Shown here in pieces: positions 1 through 9,878 of a stretch of DNA of 64,000 bases. The stretch covers positions 95,386-159,385 of the forward strand of contig JAHLWR010000007.1 in NCBI GenBank assembly GCA_019057815.1, in the 5' to 3' direction. Each line of letters opens with the position of its first letter. The first letter of the stretch is position 1. The position numbers and the translations under genes were made by a program. The notes under the pieces were generated by a model. That model saw only the letters and a program-made list of their open reading frames with translations. It searched no databases and was not told the origin of the DNA. This DNA is from Candidatus Heimdallarchaeota archaeon (GTDB lineage: Archaea > Asgardarchaeota > Heimdallarchaeia > Heimdallarchaeales > Heimdallarchaeaceae).

Positions 1-1011
1 TGGTGTCCTTTTGAGGATAAATTCGATGTAAGAGTTGACCTTACACATACAAACACGATTATCTTTGACGACAAAGAAGATGTTTTGTACATCAATTGTC
101 GAAATACTAATACTTTCTATAAAATAGATCATAAGACTGGAGACCTTTTATGGTCTCAAGGTCAGTTTGGTAATTTTACTCTTCGTGATATTCATTGAAA
201 CATTAAGGACACATTATTTTACCATTCTCACGCTTTAGAAATCGTAGATAAAGACACTTTCATTCTCTTTGATAATGATTATCATAACCAAACTAATGCC
301 TTAAATGAACAATCAAGAATGGTTGAAATAACAATAGATGAAGAAACTTTGACTGCTAACGTAACTTGGGAATGGACAGCTCCAAAAGAGTATTATTCCA
401 GTATCTGGGGAGATTCAGATAGACTTCCTAATTCTAATCGTCTAGGATGCTTTGGAACTAGAACTCATGGGGATTTTGAAGATATCAGCGCTAGACTAGT
501 TGAAGTAAATGATACTGGGAAAATTGTCTGGGAAATGAATTTTCCTAAAAAGGGAAACATAGCTTATGGCATATACAGAGTTGAAAGATTCAGTTTTTCA
601 CCTTATGTTGATATTGATTCAATTCTTTGGATTAAATCAGATACTGAAGCAAAGTTTGGTTTGAGAGCATTTTACAATTTTAGAAACAAATATGAAATGA
701 CAGGTTCTTACACAATAGAGTTAGATGGTAATATTATTGAATCAGAAGGTTTGACTTTTCCTAGATATTGGCATCCTGCTATAAAAAACATCACTTTGGG
801 TTTCTTAGACGATGGCGAATATAATCTACGAATAACAGTTCAAGATGCAGAAGGGTATAAAACAATTAAAGATGTAATGTTAATTGTTTCTGAAACTGAA
901 TCTGATTTTACAGAATTAGTCAATTTTGTATTTTATATTTCAGCTATAGCAATTTTCATCCTCATTCCTTTAATGAGAAAAAAACCCAAAACCAATCTAG
1001 AGAGGGTATAA
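1..1011 (+). pseudogene. Aryl-sulfate sulfotransferase (ASST)-like membrane-anchored protein, 5'-truncated by the window, with an in-frame TGA at 196-198
   Basis: Frame +1 from base 1 reads ...DLTHTNTIIFD...INCRNTNTFYKIDHKTGDLLW...DIH*NIKDTLFYHSHALE...ILFDND. These are ASST-type HxN, R, HxH and LFDN motifs, and the frame continues into ORF 319-1011 (WGDSDRLPN, YRVER, C-terminal TM plus basic tail). Confidence 0.6.
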
Positions 1012-1112
1012 CAGCGAATTTATAAGAATGTATTAATCTGTAATCTTCATATTTATATAGTGAAATCATAATGCTTTTTTGTTGATTCTTAAGGAAGATA
1101 AGGGGCTAATAT

Positions 1113-4100
1113 ATGGTTAAAGATGCCATCCGTGTAGTGAGAGCAAAAGAGAACAATCTTAAAAATATCTCAGTTAGCATTCCGCATGACAAGCTAGTTG
1201 TTATTTCTGGTTTAAGCGGATCTGGAAAAAGTTCTCTAGCTTTTAATACTATTTTTTCTGAGGCTCAACGGCGCTACATGGAAACTTTATCAGCTTATGC
1301 TAGACAATTTATTGGTAACTTAGATCGACCTGAGGTTGAACATATAGAAGGTCTTCGACCTACAATCTCCATAGATCAAAAAACTATTTCCCGCAACCCT
1401 AGAAGTACTGTTGGGACCTTAACTGAAGTTTATGATTACATGAGAGTTTTATTTGCAAGAGTGGGAATACCTTATTGTCCTACATGCAAAGTAAAAATTG
1501 AAGCACAACCTTCAGAACAGATTATAGATCAACTTTTTGCTTCATTTGAAGGAGAAAAAATAAAGATTATCGCTCCGATGTTTTCAAAGAGGAAAGGGGA
1601 ATACAGGAAAGAGTTGAAAGAATGGAAAGATGAGGGATATGTTAGGTTAATAATTGATGATAAAGAGGTCAATCTAGACGATGAGGAAGTAAATCTAGAA
1701 AGATATGTAGCTCATGATATAGATATAATTATTGATAGAAATATATGTTTAAGAAAAAATGAACCTAGTATTAGAGATAGTATTACTTTAGCACTTGAAA
1801 TGTCTAAAGGTAAATTAAGAATAAAAGGTGAAATAGAGGAAAGAATATTTTCTACAAAACTTGTTTGTCCAGAATGTGGGATAGCAGTAAATGAGTTCCA
1901 CCCTAGAGATTTCTCATATAATACAGCTGTAGGAGCTTGTAGAAGGTGTAGGGGATTAGGTAAAATCCCACAGATAGTTCCTGAAAAATTTGTAAATGAA
2001 GAATTATCCATAGCTGAAGGTGCTATAGCTACTACAACATCAAGTTTGAAATACATCACCTATACGGGAATGGGGATGAAAAGTATAGGGATTATAGCAA
2101 AAAAGAATGGTTTTGATATAAATACCCCTATAAAGGATTTACCTGAAGATAAACGAGAAATTCTCCTCTATGGTTCAGGGAGTAAAGAATACCAACTTAA
2201 ATGGGAGTGGGGTGGAGATGAATCATCTTGGAAAGGAAAAGGAGAATATTTCACAACATGGAAGGGACTTATACCTCTAACGATGGCAGCTTATTATCGT
2301 GTAGAGTCACTTGTGAGAAAAGAACAACTTGAGAAATTCATGGACTTAACGATATGCTTAGACTGTAAAGGAGACAGACTCAAACCAGAAAGCCTTTCTG
2401 TTATGTTCAAAGGAGCTAATATTGCTGTACTTAATCAAATGTCGATTGATAAGTGCTTAGAGTTCTTCAACAAGGTAAAATTGACCGAAGAAGAGCAGAA
2501 AATTGCTGGACCATTGTTGAAAGAGATAAAAAACAGATTATCGTTCTTGATAGAAGTAGGTTTACATTATATAACCCTTGATCGTGCAGCTAATGAATTG
2601 AGCGGAGGAGAAGCTCAAAGGACACGTTTAGCGACTCAAATAGGTTCCAAGCTTCAAGGAGTGACTTACATACTAGATGAGCCGAGTATTGGCTTAGCTA
2701 ATCGCGATAATGAAAAACTTCTGAATTCTTTAATCAGATTAAAAAAAGGTGGTAATAGTGTAATCGTTGTCGAGCATGATGAAGATACAATAAGAAAAGC
2801 TGATCTACTCCTAGATTTAGGACCGAAAGCAGGTGATGAAGGAGGTGAAGTGTTATTCTTAAAGAATCCTAAAGAGATAACAGAGAAAGAAGCAGAAAAA
2901 TCTATGACTGCCAGATATCTCCTTGGGATAGATGAGATTCCTATTCCTAAAAAGAGAAGAAGTAGTGACACTTTTTTGACATTAAAAGGAGCACAGCATA
3001 ACAATTTGAAGAAAATAGATGTAAATTTTCCTTTAGAAACCCTTATTTGTGTTACAGGGGTTTCTGGTTCAGGTAAATCATCATTAATTACTGATACACT
3101 TTACCCTATACTAGTTAACAAACTCCATCATGGAGTGAAGAGAGTGGGTAAACATCAATCTCTTGAGGGGATTGAGAATATAGATAAAATAGCAGTAATC
3201 GATCAATCACCAATAGGTAAAACTTCAAGGTCCAATCCTGCAACGTATACAAAAGTTTTAGATCATATCAGAGATTTGTTTGCTAAATTACCCACAGCAA
3301 AGATAAGAGGTTATACAAAGACTAGATTTACTTTCAACACTAAAATCGGTAGATGTGAAGCTTGTAAAGGTCATGGATACAACAAAATAGAAATGACACT
3401 ATTACCTTCTGTCGAAGTTGAATGTGAGAGATGTAGAGGAAAAAGATACGATGATGAAACGTTAAAGATTAAATTTACCGGTTATTCGATAGCAGACATC
3501 TTAAACATGACTGTGAGTAAAGCTTTACAAGTATTTAAGAATCAGCCCAAGATTAATAAAATTTTACAAACTTTATGCGATGTTGGATTGGATTATATCA
3601 AACTAGGCCAACCTTCAACAACTTTGTCAGGAGGAGAAGCTCAACGAATTAAATTGTCCAGAGAGCTCTCAAAAACGGCTACAGGGAAGACTCTCTTCAT
3701 TCTAGATGAGCCAACAACAGGTCTTGCATTTGAAGATATCAAGAAATTACTAATTGTACTACAAAAATTAGTTGCTAAAAAGAATACCATTATAATAATT
3801 GAACATAATTTAGATGTCATTAAGACTGCAGATTTTGTAATAGATCTAGGTCCAGAAGGGGGAGAAGATCAAGGAGGTTTTCTTGTAGCTCAAGGTACCC
3901 CCGAAAAAGTCATGATTTGCAAGAATTCTTATACAGGTATCGCTCTTAAGAAGGCATTCTCGAAAAAGGATTACGATGCTTTTACTAGCGAGATAGAAAT
4001 CAGTGACGATGGTTTAGATCCAGCAAATTTCCTTTATGTTCGAGGAGCTTCTAAAAACAACCTCAAGAACATTGACCTTGATATTCCTAAAGAGAAGATA

Positions 4101-6863
4101 GTAGTTATTACAGGACCAAGTGGTTCTGGTAAAAGTTCTCTAGCAATTGATACTTTGTTTGCTGAAGGTCAAAGAAGGTTTATAGAATGTTTGTCGAGTT
4201 ATGCTCGTCAATTCCTTGTAAAAGCTGAAAGAGCAGATGTTGATGATATTATTGGTTTAACCCCCTCTATTGCTATTAACCAACATTCTATCTCTAAGAA
4301 CCCTCGGTCAACTGTTGCTACAACAACAGAAATTTATGATTATTTGAGATTGTTATTCTCAAAGATAGGTATTCCCCACTGTCCAAAATGTGGTATAGAA
4401 TTAAAATCTCGAACAATTACTGAGCTTGCAGAATATGTAATTAAACAACATAAACAACAACAGATACTAATCGCTAGCTCTTTGACAAATGGAGAGAGTA
4501 TAGATATTAAAAAAACCGTCAAGGTGCTTAAGAAAGAGGGTTACTCACGTATAATGATTAATCACAAAGAATTCCATTTAGATGACGAGATAAAAATTAA
4601 ACGCTCAAAAGCTGTTTCAGTCATTATCGATAGAATACAAATCGAAAAAGAAAAACACTCACAGCTAATTGATACAATAGAAATAGCTGTCAATATAAGT
4701 AAGGGTAGAATAGAAATTTACAACAATGGGTCAAAATTCACTTATTCACTTTACGCTGAATGCATAAAACATAATTTCGAAGCACCAGAAGAAATGCACC
4801 CCCGATTATTTAGTTTCAACCATTACTCAGGTTCATGCCAAACTTGTACTGGGTTAGGAGTAATCAGAAAAATCGATATTAGGAAAATTATTACTGATTG
4901 GGATAAAAGCATAGAGGAAGGAGCGATAAGTCCTTACACTATTACAAGAATGACTAACCCTAACTCTTGGAGAAGAGCTATGCTAGTATCAGTTGGTAAA
5001 CATTATGGGTTCACTCTCCAAACACCCATGAAAGATCTTTCACCACAGCAACTTGAAGGTCTTTTTTATGGTTCTAAAGGTGAAATAATTGAGATTAAGT
5101 TCCTTAGAGAAGGAAAAAGATCAACTTCTGAATATACGAATAAAGCAGAATGGAAAGGTCTTATTCCTAGATGGGAAGATTGGCTAGAAAAACCAGTTAG
5201 TTCAACATGGACAGCACAGTACAAACAAAGATTCAACAAATACTTCTCCGAATATCACTGTTCAGACTGCCAAGGAAAAAAATTGAAACCTGAAATCCTT
5301 TCAATAACTATTAGTGATAGATCTATAATCGATCTTTCTACAGATTCGATTGACGATTTTCTTGATTTCGTAAATGAACTAGAACTTAACAAAAGAGATC
5401 AAAAGATTGCAGATAGAATACTAAGCGAACTTAAGAAGAGAGCACGATATCTTGTTGATGTAGGATTAAGTTATCTTACTTTAGATAGAAGGTCAAGCAC
5501 ATTATCTAATGGTGAAGCACAAAGAATACGACTCGCCAGTCAAATAGGGAGCGGATTAGTAGGTGTAACATATGTTCTTGATGAACCAACAATAGGACTC
5601 CATCCACGTGACATTAATAGGTTATTGAACACACTTAAAAAACTTCAACAGAATGGTAACCACATAATTATTGTAGAACATGATGATATGATTATTAAAG
5701 AATCCCAATGGTTAATCGAACTTGGTCCATTAGGGGGAGATTTAGGGGGAGAAGTTGTAGTTGAAGGTCCTACTTCTGAAGTTCTCAAGGATATGAGATC
5801 TCTTACCTCTAAATATCTTTCAAAAGAGTATCGTATTCCTACCCCAGATTCACGCAAAGTAGCTGAAAAGTACATTAAAGTTGAAAAAGCTGAAGAAAAC
5901 AATCTTAAGAAAATAGATGTAAAGTTTGGATTGGGTACAATAACAGCTGTGACAGGTGTAAGTGGAGCAGGTAAATCTACACTTGTAGTTGATACTCTTC
6001 AGAAGGGATTGGAGAAAGCAATTCATAATAAAAAGATAGGTGTCGGTAAACACAAGAAACTTTCTGGATTTGAAGAACTTTCTAAAGTAATTGTGGTTGA
6101 TCAATCTTCTTTAAGTAAATCAAGTCGATCTAACCCTGCAACGTATCTTGGTGTTTTTGACGAAATAAGAAAACTCTACGCTAGTCTACCCGAATCCAAA
6201 GCTAGTGGTTTAGATCTTGGTCATTTCAGTTATAATACTCCAAAAGGTCAGTGTCACGAATGCAGAGGTCTAGGAATGAAGAGAGTCGAACTCCTCTTCC
6301 TCTCAGATGTCTGGTTAAAGTGCAATACATGCAATGGTAAAAGATACAAAAAGAGCATACTTCTTTCAAGGTATAAGAAAAAGTCCATTTTTGAAGTTCT
6401 TGAGATGACAATCGAAACAGCTTCAAGATTTTTTGAAGGGATAGAGAGTATAGCTCGACCTTTAAGAATAGCCAATGAAATTGGGTTAGGATATTTAAAA
6501 ATGGGTCAACCAACAACTACTATAAGCGGTGGAGAAAGTGAGCGATTGAAGATTACCCGAGAATTAGCCAAACAATCTCGTGAGAAAAATATTTTCATAT
6601 TGGATGAGCCAAGTCAAGGCCTCCATTTCTATGACATTGAGAAGTTAATTGTTGTCCTTCAAAAACTGACTAAGAAAGGTAACACTATAGTTTTAATCGA
6701 TCACAATATGGACTTAATTAAAATAGCTGACCACTGCGTTGATCTCGGTCCTGAAGGAGGAACAAAGAATGGGGGGTATATAGTAGCTGAAGGTACACCA
6801 GAAACAGTTTGTTCTGCAAAGAAAGGTTACACTTGGAAATATCTTCAAGAAGCTATGAATTGA
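1113..6863 (+). CDS. uvrA: Excinuclease ABC subunit UvrA, double-length (two fused UvrA units, four ABC ATPase sites)
   Basis: UvrA N-terminal motif NNLKNI...G(L/P)SGSGKSSLA...QRR...SAY/SYARQF occurs twice. Four Walker A motifs, four signature motifs (LSGGE, LSGGE, LSNGE, ISGGE), four LDEP Walker B motifs and CxxC zinc fingers. Confidence 0.95.
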   Translation: MVKDAIRVVRAKENNLKNISVSIPHDKLVVISGLSGSGKSSLAFNTIFSEAQRRYMETLSAYARQFIGNLDRPEVEHIEGLRPTISIDQKTISRNPRSTVGTLTEVYDYMRVLFARVGIPYCPTCKVKIEAQPSEQIIDQLFASFEGEKIKIIAPMFSKRKGEYRKELKEWKDEGYVRLIIDDKEVNLDDEEVNLERYVAHDIDIIIDRNICLRKNEPSIRDSITLALEMSKGKLRIKGEIEERIFSTKLVCPECGIAVNEFHPRDFSYNTAVGACRRCRGLGKIPQIVPEKFVNEELSIAEGAIATTTSSLKYITYTGMGMKSIGIIAKKNGFDINTPIKDLPEDKREILLYGSGSKEYQLKWEWGGDESSWKGKGEYFTTWKGLIPLTMAAYYRVESLVRKEQLEKFMDLTICLDCKGDRLKPESLSVMFKGANIAVLNQMSIDKCLEFFNKVKLTEEEQKIAGPLLKEIKNRLSFLIEVGLHYITLDRAANELSGGEAQRTRLATQIGSKLQGVTYILDEPSIGLANRDNEKLLNSLIRLKKGGNSVIVVEHDEDTIRKADLLLDLGPKAGDEGGEVLFLKNPKEITEKEAEKSMTARYLLGIDEIPIPKKRRSSDTFLTLKGAQHNNLKKIDVNFPLETLICVTGVSGSGKSSLITDTLYPILVNKLHHGVKRVGKHQSLEGIENIDKIAVIDQSPIGKTSRSNPATYTKVLDHIRDLFAKLPTAKIRGYTKTRFTFNTKIGRCEACKGHGYNKIEMTLLPSVEVECERCRGKRYDDETLKIKFTGYSIADILNMTVSKALQVFKNQPKINKILQTLCDVGLDYIKLGQPSTTLSGGEAQRIKLSRELSKTATGKTLFILDEPTTGLAFEDIKKLLIVLQKLVAKKNTIIIIEHNLDVIKTADFVIDLGPEGGEDQGGFLVAQGTPEKVMICKNSYTGIALKKAFSKKDYDAFTSEIEISDDGLDPANFLYVRGASKNNLKNIDLDIPKEKIVVITGPSGSGKSSLAIDTLFAEGQRRFIECLSSYARQFLVKAERADVDDIIGLTPSIAINQHSISKNPRSTVATTTEIYDYLRLLFSKIGIPHCPKCGIELKSRTITELAEYVIKQHKQQQILIASSLTNGESIDIKKTVKVLKKEGYSRIMINHKEFHLDDEIKIKRSKAVSVIIDRIQIEKEKHSQLIDTIEIAVNISKGRIEIYNNGSKFTYSLYAECIKHNFEAPEEMHPRLFSFNHYSGSCQTCTGLGVIRKIDIRKIITDWDKSIEEGAISPYTITRMTNPNSWRRAMLVSVGKHYGFTLQTPMKDLSPQQLEGLFYGSKGEIIEIKFLREGKRSTSEYTNKAEWKGLIPRWEDWLEKPVSSTWTAQYKQRFNKYFSEYHCSDCQGKKLKPEILSITISDRSIIDLSTDSIDDFLDFVNELELNKRDQKIADRILSELKKRARYLVDVGLSYLTLDRRSSTLSNGEAQRIRLASQIGSGLVGVTYVLDEPTIGLHPRDINRLLNTLKKLQQNGNHIIIVEHDDMIIKESQWLIELGPLGGDLGGEVVVEGPTSEVLKDMRSLTSKYLSKEYRIPTPDSRKVAEKYIKVEKAEENNLKKIDVKFGLGTITAVTGVSGAGKSTLVVDTLQKGLEKAIHNKKIGVGKHKKLSGFEELSKVIVVDQSSLSKSSRSNPATYLGVFDEIRKLYASLPESKASGLDLGHFSYNTPKGQCHECRGLGMKRVELLFLSDVWLKCNTCNGKRYKKSILLSRYKKKSIFEVLEMTIETASRFFEGIESIARPLRIANEIGLGYLKMGQPTTTISGGESERLKITRELAKQSREKNIFILDEPSQGLHFYDIEKLIVVLQKLTKKGNTIVLIDHNMDLIKIADHCVDLGPEGGTKNGGYIVAEGTPETVCSAKKGYTWKYLQEAMN

Positions 6864-7042
6864 TTTTGTCATGTGTGTCTAGAAATACTTCACTATTGTG
6901 CTAAAATATTAAGAAGATGATTAAAATATATGGGATATATAGAATAAAATCATCTTGATTCCGTCCATGGTTAGGAATCTTAACAGAAGAATTTGTTGCA
7001 CAAAATATATAACTGATAAAGAGTTTAATTAAGTGTGATTTC

Positions 7043-8104
7043 ATGAGAAAGAAAACAACATTATTTCTACTAATACTGACATTATCAATCTACGCATCGA
7101 ATATCAATGTACAAATATCTGCTGAAGAGAATAATTATAGACCTAGTTCGCTAGAGTTAACACCTCATGAATCAATTGAAATAACTTCTGACGGTAATTT
7201 CACTGATTACGATTTTCCAGGAACAGGAACTGTTGAGGACCCTTACATTATTGAAGGCTATAATATTACAACAACGAGTAATGTTGGTATTTATATCACT
7301 GATACAACTAAATATTTTACTGTTCGTAACTGCTATGTTGACGCAGAAGAGTATGGCATTTATATCGATGATGTAGTTGACGGAAAACTAACTGTCATTA
7401 ACAACACGTGCAGCAATAACAACCAAGGCATCTATCTTTACTATTCTGGGAGTACGACTGTTGCCAACAACACGTGCAGCAACAATAACTTTGGCATCTC
7501 GCTTGAGGATTCTGCTAATTCTACTGTTACCAACAACACGTGCAGCAATAACAACCAAGGCATCTATCTTTACCATTCTGAAGATTCTAAGGTTGTAAAC
7601 AACAATTGCAACAATAACATCTATGGCATCCGTCTTCATCGTTCTAGTTTTTGTGTCCTTTCTTACAATCTTCTAAAAGAAAATGAAGGATATGGAGTAT
7701 GTTTATCACAAATCAGCTGGGGTAATATCAAATATAATTTGCTTATTCTACAAGAAAATGAAGGATATGAAGCATACTCACCATATGGTTGTGATAATAA
7801 TCTTATTTACCATAATAACTTTGTAGACAATAATCTAGGAGGAACTTCACAAGCGTATAATGATGGTCAAAACAACTATTGGTATGATATTGAAACACTT
7901 GAAGGTAACTATTGGTCAGATTGGTCAGGAAGAGGTTCTTATTCTATTGGTGGTTGTGGAGGTTCAGAAGATCTCTATCCTCTTGATGAACCTGCTGAAT
8001 ATTCTACAGATGAAACTCAATTAAACTTCATATTTACTCTACTAGTAGTATTAGTTCCCTTAGTTCTCACAAGGATAATCTTAAAGAAGAAAAAGAAAAA
8101 ATAG
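7043..8104 (+). CDS. Secreted, C-terminally anchored right-handed parallel beta-helix (NosD/PbH1-repeat) protein
   Basis: Signal peptide, PGxGTxEDPYIIEG cap, about 4 TVxNNTCSNNxxGIxL repeats, GNYWSD cap, TM helix plus poly-Lys tail. Confidence 0.85.
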   Translation: MRKKTTLFLLILTLSIYASNINVQISAEENNYRPSSLELTPHESIEITSDGNFTDYDFPGTGTVEDPYIIEGYNITTTSNVGIYITDTTKYFTVRNCYVDAEEYGIYIDDVVDGKLTVINNTCSNNNQGIYLYYSGSTTVANNTCSNNNFGISLEDSANSTVTNNTCSNNNQGIYLYHSEDSKVVNNNCNNNIYGIRLHRSSFCVLSYNLLKENEGYGVCLSQISWGNIKYNLLILQENEGYEAYSPYGCDNNLIYHNNFVDNNLGGTSQAYNDGQNNYWYDIETLEGNYWSDWSGRGSYSIGGCGGSEDLYPLDEPAEYSTDETQLNFIFTLLVVLVPLVLTRIILKKKKKK

Positions 8105-8329
8105 ACTAGCTGTCAGAAACTGCATAAAAACATAGTAATAACAAGAACCAAACCTCCAACACCTCCTTTTTTGATTTTTTGAATATAGAAAGATATTAGA
8201 ACGGATCATTTGACCTGATTATTCTCAAATTGATGTAAAAACTCGAAAAAATTCCAGTTAGGAATATTAACAGAGGAGTTGGTTGCACAAAATATATAAC
8301 TGATAAAGAGTTTAATTAAGTGTGATTTC

Positions 8330-9532
8330 ATGAAAAAGAGAACAATGATAATTCTACTAATAATAACATTGTCAATCTGCGCATCGAATATCAATGTACA
8401 GATAATTGCTGAAGAGAATAATTATAGACCTACTTCGTTAGAGTTGACACCTCATGACCCTATTGAGATAAGATATGATAGCGATTTTGAGATTTTTCCC
8501 GGTTCAGGAACTATTGAGAATCCTTATCTTATTGAAGGATATAATATTACAACAACGGATGACGATGGTATTTATATCACTGAAACAACGAAATATTTCA
8601 CTGTTCGTAACTGCTATGTTGACGCAAGATTCAAAGGAATTTATATCCATGATGTAGCTGATGGTACAGCAACTGTCATTAACAACATGTGTAACAACAA
8701 TAACTGGAATGGTATCTCGCTTTGGCTCTCTAATAGTTCTATTGTTGCAAACAACACGTGCAGCAACAACAACTGGGATGGCATCTCGCTTTCCTCTTCT
8801 GATAGTTCTACTGTTGCAAACAACACGTGCTTCTACAATGGCTATGGCATCTCGCTTTGGTCTTCTGATAGTTCTACTGTTGCAAACAACACGTGCTTCT
8901 ACAATGGCTATGGTATCTCGCTTTCCTCTTCTGTTGGTTCTACTGTTTGCAACAACACATGCAGCAATAACGAATACGGAATCTGTTTTTACGCTTCTGA
9001 TAGTTCTACTGTTGCTAACAACATGTGCAGCTACAATAGCAACGATGGTATCTCACTTTCCTCTTCTGATAGTTCTACTGTTGCCAATAACACTTGCAAC
9101 AATAACTACTATGGTATCTATTTTTACTATTCTGATTTTTGTGTCGTTACTTACAATCTTCTACAAGAAAATGAAAACTATGGAATCTACTTATTTTTTG
9201 GTTCTCATAATGATTCCATTCACCATAATACATTTGTAGACAATAATCTAGGAGGAACTTCCCAAGCGTGTGATTATGGTACTGACAGCTTTTGGTATGA
9301 CTCAGCAGCACTTGAAGGTAACTACTGGTCAGATTGGTCAGGAATAGGTTCTTATTCCATTGGTGGTCCTGCGAATTCATTTGACTTATACCCACTTGAT
9401 GAACCTGTTGTTGAATATTCTACAGTTGTATCTACTACAGATAAAAATCAATTAAGCTTTACATTTACTCTCCTAATGTTAGTAGTTCCCTTAATGCTTA
9501 CAAGGATAATATCAAAGAAGAAAAAGAAATAA
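8330..9532 (+). CDS. Paralogous secreted, anchored beta-helix (NosD/PbH1-repeat) protein
   Basis: Same architecture as 7043-8104 with about 7 repeats, and a near-identical N-terminus. Confidence 0.85.
   Translation: MKKRTMIILLIITLSICASNINVQIIAEENNYRPTSLELTPHDPIEIRYDSDFEIFPGSGTIENPYLIEGYNITTTDDDGIYITETTKYFTVRNCYVDARFKGIYIHDVADGTATVINNMCNNNNWNGISLWLSNSSIVANNTCSNNNWDGISLSSSDSSTVANNTCFYNGYGISLWSSDSSTVANNTCFYNGYGISLSSSVGSTVCNNTCSNNEYGICFYASDSSTVANNMCSYNSNDGISLSSSDSSTVANNTCNNNYYGIYFYYSDFCVVTYNLLQENENYGIYLFFGSHNDSIHHNTFVDNNLGGTSQACDYGTDSFWYDSAALEGNYWSDWSGIGSYSIGGPANSFDLYPLDEPVVEYSTVVSTTDKNQLSFTFTLLMLVVPLMLTRIISKKKKK
8801..8932 (+). repeat. Near-identical 66-bp intragenic tandem repeat (two beta-helix rungs), part of a longer degenerate array at about 8670-9140
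   Basis: GATAGTTCTACTGTTGCAAACAACACGTGCTTCTACAATGGCTATGG(C/T)ATCTCGCTTT... starts at both 8801 and 8867. Confidence 0.9.
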
Positions 9533-9878
9533 TTGAATAGTTATCAGAAACTGCATATAAGGGTAGTAAAAACAAGAACAGAACCTTCAACACTTCCTTT
9601 TTTTACATCCTTTGTATATGGGACACTAGATGTATAAGTGATTTGAACCTAAAGTCTCCTACCTATCTTTTACTCTATAACTCAATAAAAAGAACAATGA
9701 TAGATGAAATAATGTTCATTAAAAGAGCATAATTTACAACCCTATAAGTTAATATAATCAATATTGTAGAATATTTGCAAGTGTGTATATAGGATGTCAA
9801 AGGAAATAATAGTTTCTAATAAGTACATTCTAAAACCAGACAGGTTATATACTGGAAAACATCAATGGGTAAAGTAAA

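Larger units (their letters stand above)
6970..9604 (+). repeat. Tandem duplicated unit (promoter + beta-helix gene + 3' region/T-tract): copy 1 about 6970-8172, copy 2 about 8257-9604
   Basis: 52 bp identical at 6995-7046 and 8282-8333 (GTTGCACAAAATATATAACTGATAAAGAGTTTAATTAAGTGTGATTTCATGA). Similar 3' regions (TCAGAAACTGCATA...AACAAGAAC...CAACAC..CCTTTTTT). Confidence 0.85.

Noticed and set aside
196-198. Genome-wide TGA reassignment (alternative genetic code)
   Set aside because: TGA is the evident stop of several conserved full-length genes in the window, and no other gene shows internal TGAs.
7391-9140. Diversity-generating retroelement suggested by AAC-rich repeats
   Set aside because: Differences between rungs include non-adenine and third-position changes and indels. 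No reverse transcriptase or non-coding template repeat is present in the window.
8661-9239. 192-aa alternative-frame ORF (LLIVLLLQTTRA repeats), plus the equivalent 63458-63961 and antisense 7388-7639 ORFs
   Set aside because: Shadow frames of the beta-helix repeats. The repeated TCT-ACT-GTT/AAC codons lack stops in those frames, and there is no independent evidence of expression.
9630-9670. tRNA T-arm-like text (GATTTGAACC), and similarly GGTGCGAATC near 62655
   Set aside because: No paired T-stem, acceptor stem or anticodon arm. Too degenerate to call a tRNA or att fragment.
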